Assembly (NCBI GenBank): GCA_964035545.1
Contig: OZ037765.1
Coordinates: 22,257,504 to 22,321,503, forward strand
DNA: 64,000 nucleotides
From: Bugula neritina
Taxonomy: Eukaryota; Animalia; Bryozoa
Reading direction: 5' to 3'
A program made the position numbers and the translations under genes. Under the pieces are notes generated by a model. The model did not search any database and was not told the origin of the DNA. It saw only the letters and a program-made list of their open reading frames with translations. This document shows, piece after piece, positions 25,301 to 38,600 of this stretch (position 1 is its first letter; every line of letters starts with the position of its first letter).

Positions 25301-28300
25301 CCGCAACTGAAAGTAAGAAATTTTCCATTTTCTCTAAGCCTGTTTCAAATTAATCATTTGCTAACCTTGTCTCGTTATTTGGATTTCTAGGAGAGTGAGG
25401 TAGTTGCAAGTGCTGAAGAGGACACAATTCCTAAACTGAATACGTTTACAGAAACCCAACATGAACAACGCATAGAGAAATTAAAGAAAGAAGTTTGTAA
25501 TTTCAAGCTTTTTAATGTTTCCAGTAGAAAAAAAGAATTTGCTCATTTTATATGAATACTTGATGGTTAATAATTTTTTCTTCTAGATCCACCAGTTGAA
25601 ACAGGGAGCAAATAATGGATCTACAAGCAACATTACTGCTATACCTTGCATAACTTTTAACCTCTGTGATGAACTTCATGTGAATATAACAAGTGATCAG
25701 ATTCTAAAACTATACGCAGCTGCTCAAGGCCAATATGCCAGTCTTCAAGAATTTCTTTCAGCTGAATGGAGCAAGATATTTGAGAGGTTAACCAGCCATG
25801 AGTCACCTTCAGACGAGAGTTCTGAGTCGAAAACTAGCAAACGCAAGTGGCAGGATTATGTAGATAAAACTAAATCTACTGTACGAAGTTTCTGGATGGT
25901 TATGAATGAGACTTTGCGAGATGTCTCAGAAAATGTTGCGCCTCAGTTCAAAATGCGAGCCGACAAGTTACATAATAAATTGAATAAAAAGATGCAGCAT
26001 TTAAGTTCATATCTTGGTAACCGCTTAGATTCAATAAAGAAAAAGGTTTTTGGGAAACATCAAAACCCCTCAGAGAAGCATTCTAAAAAGGCAGAGGGCA
26101 GTGGTGGCCAGGCAGACACTACTGATCACCTTGGATCTGATGAGCAGAGAGAAGAACCTTTCAGCTTTGAAAAGAGGTTGGAGACTTTGAAAGAGAAGCT
26201 TCGTAATCTTGACAGTTGGAGGGTTGAGAAAATGAAAAGGTATTTATCAAAATTCAATTTAACAATTATATCTCGCTTTTATAAATAAAACTCAGCTGTT
26301 ACAGTCTGCTAATTTGTGTGTAGTCGAACATATTCATATATTTAAGTTCTCTATAATGAAGTTCACAGTCTTACCGAACCTACTAGTTTAGCTGTGGTGA
26401 AGCCGTTTGATGTTGCCAAGTTGTAGGTGCGATAAGGACAAAAGCCTTACGTAAAAAAAGTTACGAGTTGATATAACTTTTCAATTTAAAAGACCTTTAG
26501 TTAAATAATAATAACTTTGTAGAAGTTTTTCACTTTTGTCTAGCTTTTTTATTATAAAACACTCGATTGGTATTCTAGCTAGTAGATTTTAAAGTTTATG
26601 TTGATTGTTATTTTTGATACAGATATGAGCAAAAAGAAATCTATGAACACTTTGACGACTTTAGTGAAGATTACTCTTACATGTTCAGTAACCCTGACCT
26701 GAATGCTCTGAGACAGTGGGTAGAGTGTCAGGAACTCTGGTGGAAGCAGAAGGCTAGGGGAGGTTTAGTTGGTAAGTAGTTTTAGTTTTTTGTTATTTTG
26801 TACAAATTTTTCAGCTTAGAATTTAAACACCAGGATCTGGGTAACTTCTGCAACTGGTTTTGTTAAAGGATATAATGACTTGTTAAGTTTTCTGCTCTGT
26901 GACTATTGCTATTAAATTAGACTTTAATATGTGTTTTCATCAGCAGTGATTCCTAATAATTTTCATTCATGAGGCATTCATTCAAATATACAAAAAATGT
27001 AAGTTATTAAGTTACTTCCTCTGGAAAGTTTTATGCCTTTCACTTTTCCTCTCCCATCTCCAGTTTGCTCCCCCCCTCGTCTAAAGTTACCATTTATTAT
27101 GGAAGATGACAATGTATGATACTCGTGTGTTTTCTTATGCTCATAAAGTTTATCTAGTCTAAGCTATACACAGGAAATTCAAATAGTTGTATACATAACA
27201 AGTACCAAGTCATTGGCGGCAATATACACCCGCACAGAGGTGTTTGGTTTTTAGTGCTTATAGTGCTTTCAACATGTGATTTTAAAATCATCACTGGTTG
27301 CAGATCTAACGATGAATAGCAATGCATATTACAAATAAATACTGTTAGAATACTGAGAATTTTTTAAAATCCTTTGATTTATATCGATTATAGGCGTAAC
27401 ATAAGTTTTGTTTTTTTTAGAGAGCTCATATTGGCAATATTCTTACCAGCTGAGTAGTAGTCCTATTAGGAAATTCACTGCTTAGCAGCCGTCATATGTT
27501 CTAGCATCTACACAGTGTATTGATCTTGCCTTGAAAGTCACGTTGTCCTATCTTACTGCTTACTTTAACACTTTGCGGGTGAACTACCTCAAGGATGTTA
27601 ATTACATCACCATTTATTAATGTTTTTGTCTTATGCAAGGTTTGGTTATATCATAGCGGTTGGGGTAAATATTTTAGAAAAAGGCTTTCAGTTAATTGAT
27701 TTTTCATGTAGCCAATCTGCCCGCTAAGTGTGACGAAGAGCTGTACTTGTGGCAGAAGAACCCCGCCAAGCTACCTGAAGACACTAAGCCACCTGAAGAC
27801 GATAAGCTACCTGAAGACACTAAGCCACCTGGAGACGCTATACCAGAGGAAGTCCCTGAAGACTCTGTACTAGCGGATAGTGGAAAAGAAGATTATATAC
27901 ACGAGGATGGTTCATTAGATACTACATTAGATGATGGGGTAACATTTTCTTGGTTGGAGCTTTGTTACAGAAGTTGATAATTGAAACTAATCACTATTAC
28001 ACCAATACTGAATCATAAATTTTTTGGATATGTATTTAAGGAAAAATGCTCTACTCAGTGCATTGACTTTTAGGATCATTTTATTTTTTTAAATATTTTT
28101 AAAATTATTTTCATACATGCTTTTTCGATTCACTGACCCAGCTCTCCTCAGGTTATGACGATTCAGAATGTCAGCTATAAGTAGCATGTAATAGAATGAA
28201 GCAGTTATTCATATTATAGGTGGATGGAACATGGCAATATGGCCGAGCTTCAATGCGTGAATATTACAGAGATGAGCCAGATGATTGGTTCTGGCGTAGA

Positions 28301-28348
28301 TCACATGATTACGAGAATGAAGGTGCAGAATACAAAGACGAACTGTAA
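16380..28348 (+). CDS. CCPG1/PBXIP1-like single-pass (type II) ER membrane coiled-coil protein, ~950 aa, C-terminal KDEL
   Basis: 16 phase-consistent exons: 16380-16680, 17255-17396, 17803-17840, 20326-20448, 20845-21075, 21946-22082, 23753-23824, 24189-24398, 24489-24614, 24721-24813, 24951-25070, 25391-25492, 25587-26239, 26623-26771, 27712-27938, 28220-28348. Acidic Ser-rich N-terminus, TM segment SSMNSLLTGLLLAAVTFGIGIAIGHSKG (cf. the CCPG1 TM ending GFGHFYG), long coiled coil, ends AEYKDEL*. Gene structure is well supported; family name is inference. Confidence 0.8.
18309..19290. mobile_element. Degenerate DNA-transposon-like element with clustered AGATCGATCT motifs
   Basis: Ends gggctttccatg / catggaagggtt; repeated GATCGAT palindromes and TTTCCATG motifs at 18313-18396, 18922-19032 and ~19267-19285. 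Confidence 0.5.
27768..27839 (+). repeat. Coding 18-bp x4 tandem repeat (KLPEDT KPPEDD KLPEDT KPPGDA)
   Basis: aagctacctgaagacact aagccacctgaagacgat aagctacctgaagacact aagccacctggagacgct. Confidence 0.9.
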
Positions 28349-30809
28349 ATCATTTGTCCTTGAACACTTGACTTTGGGTGTGTTGAACCCGTTAGTGGGA
28401 GGGGGGGGGTCAACTTCTCACTACACTTGAGTGAAAGGAGCTAACTTTCTTTAACTGGAGCTATTTTTTGTCACATAAGAATTGTGCTTTCATTGGTTCC
28501 CTCAATATTCTTATCACTCTTGCATCATTTCATTTACTGGTAGCAACTTCTTGCTTGCTTTATGTTGTCAAAGTGTAGTGTTTATTGAGTGTGTCTTCAT
28601 TTTGGATGCCTCTAACTTTATATTCCTCTGTTGTTAGACTTTGATTGCTCTTACAGTTGTCTAGTCTCTGTGACAGATTTACAGATATTTACCTCAATAT
28701 TTGTGCAGGTATAAATACTAGTGCATATTGTGTCCATCTGAAAGCAACAGCGACATAATATTCTGTGTTTATTTCATGTGTCTGATTTTTTCTATGTTAG
28801 AAGTCATTCTAAGTGAACTTTACATTGTAAGGCTTGCAACTTGGGCTGGTGTAGATAACGACATTGCTGTTATGCACAACTATTGGCACATAGTTGCTGT
28901 AGAAACTGTGATTGAGCTTAACGCTAGTTTTCTTGTTCCTTTCAGATGCTCATATGTATGTACTAGTAGACGTTAAATACGATACACTCAACAATATATT
29001 ATTTTTATCTCTGAATAAGTTTCTAATTTTCAAGAAGAACATTAAAAGTAATAATTAGGTTCAGCTGCTAAAAGGTTTACAAATACGTAAACCTAACATG
29101 AATAATTTTAACAGCTCTTGACTAATAAAATATAAATATATTTTCTCACTCCTTCCATGGACCTAAATTATTACATTAACTTAATAAGGTGTATAAGTAT
29201 TGTGTTTAGAATGTTACTTTGGCTGTAAAACAGTTATTCAGTTTGGTTAACTGATAATAAAAGTTTTTACATTTAGTTTTTATAATCTGTATTATCTTAT
29301 CTGGGTGTTGAAAACCAAAATGTATTATTTTATACATAATCACTGTATATTTTCTTTTGTGTAACAATAAAACATGTTTGACCTGTAAAATAAGGATTGG
29401 TGTTACAGTATGCTTCTCTCTAAAATGACAAAAAGTATCTGTTCTTATAAAAGCAGATAAATCTTTGTGAACTGTAGGTGTTGTTTGCATAGTAATTGCA
29501 TCTTTTCAGTAAGATATTTTCTCTAGAGAAATGCTGCCGCTATATTTCAACATAGCAGCAATTTTCATACTCTGCAACATCTCTGGAGAACACATGAACA
29601 AATAAAGGTTATAGCCTTTTCTTATAAAGTGACAATGGTGTTTCACTATCAGTCGTAGCAATAGCCTTTGATGTTAAACAAAGACCCAAAGGTAAACAGG
29701 CTGTCCCCAATGAAATTTTGACTAAATCAGATTACATTGAACTGCAAGCAGATAATGTTGATACTCCGTTTACTAACGGGAGTATCTATTTACTTTTTAA
29801 GTCTTGGCTGTTAAGAAGTGTGTAAAGCGATGGCCTTCTTTGCTTTATTCATCTCATTTATCCTTTAGAGGATGCTTTTATCTGTTTATCTTTTGTATAG
29901 AATTATCTAATTCAATCATGTGTTCTAGTTTCTACTCTAAATAGCAGATAATAACAAGACTTTGTTTGAAATGTGGACAGCTAATTATTGCAGAATGGAA
30001 GACAATTGGCCAATCAAAACTGTGATCTGAAAGTGATGATTAAATATTTTTTAAAAATATTGCTTTTCAACTTTTACATACACCATGTATATAGCATCTA
30101 TATAATTGCAATATTTAAAAAAAGCATAAACCTTGTAAAAAAGTGAATTATTATAGAACCCTTCGTTCCACAGGCATTTAAATGTTTATAAATATTCTAT
30201 TCAAAAATAGTTGTAGTTAGTATACAAACAACAAATCAAAATTACTTTAAAATGGATCTGTTCAATTTCATATGCTATTGCAAAATATTGTTATAATCCA
30301 AATAAATTCAAACTTGACTGATTCAATGATAAAATCAATCGAATTTATAGAGCAATTTTAGCAGATAAATAAGTTGCAAGTAATTCAGAAACAAGTTGGA
30401 GGAAAAAAGACCGATGGTGTATTACTGAGTCTTTGTCAAAAGAGTCAAAGGCTTAGAGCTACTAATTTTGCTGTAATGTACTAATAAGATAAGACCATGT
30501 TCTTTTCAAATCCAGATGCATATAAATGTTGCATAGTATTAGCAATATATGGAAATACATTTTTAACATCCCTTTACAATACATTGCACTGTTATTAAGT
30601 TTATAGAGGTCAAAGCCAGTAATATTTGTATGTTTTGTTAGCAAAAGTTAACAGCTTTTTGTTTCTTAATCAAAACCAGCTGGTAATAACAAGGAGAAGG
30701 TGAGTACAGCGCGTTGAGTTCGACTTGGACGCATGCCCGCCCTGTAGCACTTACCAGCTACTCTTCTGCTAAAAACCTTTGTGCGTTACTTCAAACCGAT
30801 AATTGCTCT

Positions 30810-30976
30810 CTGATTGGCTAATACTTATATAGCAACCTCTCACCAATATATATGAAATACAACCAACTTTTTATATAAAAAGGATTGCTCCTTGCCAGAT
30901 GCAGCAAAACCCTTATTGCAGCGGCAGCGAATTATTGGTGAAGCAACCGCATAAATAAAGCTGATTATTTGTAAGT
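30810..30976 (+). promoter_or_regulatory. Candidate Fezf promoter and non-coding first exon
   Basis: ATTGG 30813-30817, CCAAT 30843-30847, TATATAAAA 30872-30880, donor gtaagt at 30971; acceptor ttctag just before the ATG at 31394. Confidence 0.55.
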
Positions 30977-31273
30977 TTGTAAAATATTAGTTATCATAAT
31001 TAAAATAAACTATCAAATGCTGCTACATGGCTACTTTTACTTTAGCTTTTAGCTTAACAAAAATGTCTTATGTATGCTTGATTTTTCCAATATAAAGATA
31101 TTTTAACGCTGTATATTACGCTGTTGAAAAAAGCTGTTTTTATTCATTTTATCAATAAGTTTAACTAGAAAGCAGATGATATAAGGTGTCACCTAAAACC
31201 AAGTGATGATTCGACCCATTATTGCACTAATAGCAAAGCTAGTGGAGATGCAGAAGAAATTTTTTTATTTTAG

Positions 31274-33205
<1,932 letters not shown>

Positions 33206-35694
33206 CTTATATTATATTTTAGTAAATGGGTAGCTCAGATAACATTTGGTGTTTTTAACTTTTGTAATTATTTTTTAAATGCAAATTCTCATTTAATAAA
33301 TAGGTTTAATATTTTTTGCAGGTGATTTATAATTTGGAAATTGTTAAATAGTTCATTTTAATTAATTAGGCAAGTATAAAGTAGTTGTTTGGGGAAGAAA
33401 TAGGTTTTCACTGTATATATGTGCACTGTATGTGTAACTGACAGTTTCTCATTAGTTTCTACTTTATTATTGAAGACAGAGGATAAACAATACCCTGACT
33501 GCTACATCAGAATAGCAGACCTCGTGTCTCAATCCTGTATTCTAACACTTAGTTTATCTTCACATTTAAACAAGGGAACAAAGGTTGCTCATTTCTAATT
33601 TGACAATAGCAACTGATTTAGAAAACATTATTTGTTAAGAATGCTATTGTTATGGTACATTGAAATAGATGACTTATAATATATAACTACTTCTGTTTAC
33701 ACAACTTTCTATAGTTTTGTTAGATATAAATTAGCTGCATATTAAAACAAAAGCCTTATTAAATGATCAAAATCTGTGGCATTGTGTTAGATGAATCTCA
33801 GTATCACAATGGAAATGTGTGTCAATCCTTATTATTACAATTATCATCCTACATTCTTGCAGATCAAGTTACAACTTTTTTTCTTATAAATAAATACATT
33901 TAGAATGCAAGACTTTGAAGGGCAAAAAATTGCATACGACAATGTGAATGCAGCTCACGATTCTAAACCAGGTTATGCAAGCAATTTATGGAAGAGTGAT
34001 TATTAATTCAAGCTTTGCTTTCATATTTTCAGTTGCATTGTACAATAAATCATTTTATTAAAAAGTTCATAGCCCTTTTAAAATAACATTTGCAGTTTGC
34101 AGTGAAGCTTAATTAATTCACAGCTCTCACTTATTAGCTAAGTATAGACAGTTGTGTATGTAGTGAGAAAATTTATTCCAAAAAGATTTTAGAATGTTAA
34201 ACTTCAATTTCAACTCTTGCTTATTGTCATTATCACCAATACCAAACTTGCATATTATATATGATATATTGCAATTATTATTAAAGTATGGAAAGTAGAA
34301 CAGTCACGTAAGCACTTCTAATGAACACACTTGGCAAGCTGCAACAAAAATAAGTTTAAATATAAAATGCACTACTTTTAACAAGTAATATATATCTCTT
34401 CCGCAATGAAACCAGCAGCACAAAAACTGAACAACTTACATGTTGGTGACTGGGATTACTATAATGTTGACTAAAATAATGGTCCAACATTTATATTCCC
34501 CTTAATAGGCTACTAGTTACCTGCCAAACTATTTAACAAATATTATAGTGCTTGTTTTAACTAATAGGTGGAGTTTATATAACACCATAGCTATTTCAAC
34601 ATACAGGGCAAAAAGATACTGCATTCAACATTTACAAAGCAATTTTTTTATAAAATAAGCTATTCACTAATTATGTAACATGAAAATTTTGTAATTTTGC
34701 AGATAAAAAACATCTTAGTTTAAATCTGTATTTTTTTAACAACACTTTGTCCAATTTCCGATGTGTACGTGAGGATTTGTAAACTATTTGTAAACTAATG
34801 ATTAAACGAAAATGATTAAAATAAAGAAAAACTATGTTATTTTCAGCATGACGCAAGCAAATCTCAGTCAAACACCGTGGTGACATTTTATTTCATACAA
34901 TGTATGAAAGTCTGCACATACATAGTGTACAAAGAAACGTATCAATTATAGAGAGAATGCGAAGGCAAAATATTATTATTCTCTAATATCTTCCTTAAAT
35001 ACCATTCGCAGTGTGAATAATTACAGACATTATACCAAGGAGAATGATAGTGACTGCGCACAGGCGGTAATCAAGTGCAGCTGAATCAATTTCAGGTATT
35101 TGTGAGTCAAAACTAGTAGCAGCAGTAAAGTGATTATTAGCAAGGTGTTCATATTTGTTTACTAAAGATGTCGTGACTGTAAAGATGATTTACAAGCATT
35201 TCCGTCTTAGCATGCATACCATCATTGTGCTCTTTGTTATTATGTAAAGATGCATTTCAACCAACCACCTATTATTAAGTAAAGAGATATCAAAAGAGTT
35301 CAAATATATTTACTCAACTGGAAAATTATTGTAAATTTGTCACATCAACAAATAATATTTTATTCATAAAATGTGCAAAATGTTAGAATTCATCATTTTA
35401 GAATTTAGATTAACGGGCTTACATAGACTATTTACCATTTATGGAATTGCTGGAGTTTTTCAAATTATATATTGTATGTTTAGTTTCGTAGTTACCGTTT
35501 CAATACTAAAGACACCAAGGAAGAAAATACACTACTAAATGCCTACCAAACATAACCCAGAGACTCAAATTTAAAACACTTATCTATAATTATTTTAGTA
35601 AAACATTTTATTAAGATATAATAACTTATTTACAGAAGATACATTTTTATATGAAAAAATAATGAATGTCATAAGTTGAGGAGTCTTCAAACAG

Positions 35695-38600
35695 TTACAT
35701 TCCCTTATGATATTTGGGAACAGAATGCTGACTGGTCATTGGTTTACCACTTATTCCACAAGTTCCAACTCCAACTTTGCCTTTCACATGCTCTGAAGTT
35801 GCAAATATACTCTTTTTCATTGGACGGCCCTTGGAGGTCTTAGAGAATAACTAAAAGTAAAACAAATGTTTGATGACTCATACAAACAATAAAATTTGAT
35901 TGGCAGGAAAAATGGCAAGTAAGCTATTATTCAGCAGATAGGAAACCATTTATAAAAATACACTTTTAATGAATTAAAAATACAACACAGTCAGTCAATA
36001 CCTTTGTATTAAAATTTTGCCATTTATTTTTCTCCTTTTCACGCTGTTCTTCTAATTCTTTTAGTCTTTGCTTCTTTTTCAAATTTTTAGCCTTTTTATA
36101 TTCCCTTTCGGCTGCTGCCTTATCTCGTCTGCAAACATTTAAACAACCACTTACTTTCAACCCTTCAGTACATCAATCACATGGAATCAGTCAGGAGGCA
36201 ATTGAGATTTAAACGGAAAGCAAGGATTTGCTGATAGAATACTATGATTAGAAGCAATTATAATAGATGATATGATGACAAGACTAAGAGGTAAGACTGG
36301 AGACTGAAGAACTGGTGGGAGGACTAAGAATGTCTGACAGAGCTCACTCTGATTCAAGGAGTGGCTGCCTCACCTGCGTCTATCATGTACATTGGCTCAC
36401 ACCTCAGTCGGCAGTAAATGAAACAACGTTTCATTGCCATCGTTGTAAAGTGGACAATACAGTCTAAAATATTCACTAAACACATTTCACCATATTCCTT
36501 ATGTAGTGTTAAAAAAATGCTGATGTTGACTCCGGATGTAAAAATTTAGTCTGACACTCCATGGTTAACCAAAGAGTCAAATATTTACTAGAACTTACCA
36601 ACGACAGCTAAACATATGCTGTCATTGCCAAGACTAGAGCTTCTAACGATGATTAGCAGGCATTATGAAGATTCATTTTATCTTAATACCAATTTTGTTT
36701 ATTTTCAATCATATTTTTAATATTTGTATTATTATTTCTGTCAGCAATTGAGTAAGATTTGTTGGTTATATATTAGTTGGAGGTGCTTTATAGAGTTCAA
36801 CATCAGCAGTTTAAAAAGTAAAAATCTTGGTATTAGAAATATAATAAACAGACACTAACTTGTTTCTGGTTTCTTTAGCACGGGCTGGATCATATGGCTG
36901 TAAGCTGCTAACCTAAAAGAGGTAAGCAATTTCAAATGTTATATAACCTTATCAACACATTCATACATATATACATTAAAGGATTGCTCTATCTTGTCTA
37001 ATAAATGGCCATTTAGGTCAAACACATATAATATTGTGTTTTTCTAAGCATGCATTGACAAAAAGCATTTGACCAAAGGTAGAAAAAGTTAGTTGAAGTT
37101 GAGGGTGTAGATTGGTAACAGCCAAAACGCCGATTTTGAAATGAGCTGGGAAGTGTGACGTAACAGCGCCAGCATTTCTGCTGGTCACGTGACTATACAA
37201 ATGAATAACTATAGAAATATGACTGTGAGATGTAATTTTTTAGCTTGCAATTTGTATATTTATAGAAGTGCAAATGTGAATTATTTCAATCTATAGTTTT
37301 TTGACATTTTAAATAACATGTATGTGAAAACATTAGGCTATATTTTGCTTGTAAACATTAGAAAAAAGCCTTGCAAAAGCATGCATTCTTTAGGATGAAT
37401 GCTTGCGATCGATCTAAACTAAGTCAGATCGTGCAATATTACGGGCACACCAAAGCTGACCTATATAGCGCACTGTAACTGCTTGAGCGTAATTGGTTGA
37501 TGTTGTGCCCAGCAACCTTGAATACTAGCGTTATAGTTAGCACGTGCAGCATAGTTACTGGCGTTCACACGTCACGTATTAGGCTATTCTTTTTCATGGC
37601 TGAAAATTTTACCTCCCTCAAAATTGGAATTTTGAAAAGCTGTTTTCTAGGCATATATCCCTTTGCAAAGTCACAATTGTTTGCATACACATTAGATTAT
37701 AGTTTATAATTATAATGTGATTGTAATAAACTAAGATAGAGCAATCCTTTAAAGACATTAATTAGCAAGTGGAGATTGGCCAACTAAAATTAAAAGTTAA
37801 ACTTGAACCGGCATGAACAACATTAAAAGAGAGCAAGTACACGAATCTGATGCTTCTAACGAACCTGTGTTACTTCTGATTGATTGTAACCTTCAAAGTT
37901 GACACTGCAAGTACCGTCTTCAAGAATTTCATCCACCGTGCACGGGTAATACCTTGAAACAAGAAACTCTACGATCATGACTTGAAACTCAGTATTTAAG
38001 AACTATTAATATGTAGACAGAGAGAGAGAGAGAGAGAGCTAACAGAACATAATATTCACAATATTGAGTTGAAACTACAAGAAAAAAAATGCATAATCAA
38101 CTCACTGCCCATCATTAGACCAAATAGCCATACACTTGTCTCCAGAAGACCATTTCCTTTCAGTCTGTGCACCACTTGCAGCAGAACTCCCTGCAGTAGC
38201 TGCCTGCTGTGTTTCAGTGGCAGGTGCGTTCTGTCTGATGAGCTCCTCCGTCAGCTCAATAACTTCCTACCACACATTACACTCTACGCTAGGTAAGCTA
38301 AATATACACTTAGGGAACAAAAGCAATTTGATGCACACTTTGTAATTAATCTGCTGTGCTTTGTGAAAACAGTTTACATTTAGACGCCAACTAAAACACT
38401 TGCACTTCTATATTATATTATTTGTAGCTTTTTACCAGAAATAAGTGAAACCTATGGTAGCGTATAGACAGCTATAATATGGGTAATAAAAGTGTAAAGA
38501 GTGCGAAAGAGGTAAAACACCTTGCATTCGCCACAAGGCTCACCCCAGAGTTTAGAGGAAATCATTACAGTAAACAGCTGTAGAAAAACTTACTGCTAAA

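Noticed and set aside
28224-28430. 68-aa ORF from the ORF track as the last exon
   Set aside because: Wrong frame; splicing phase from 27938 selects the frame ending in KDEL.
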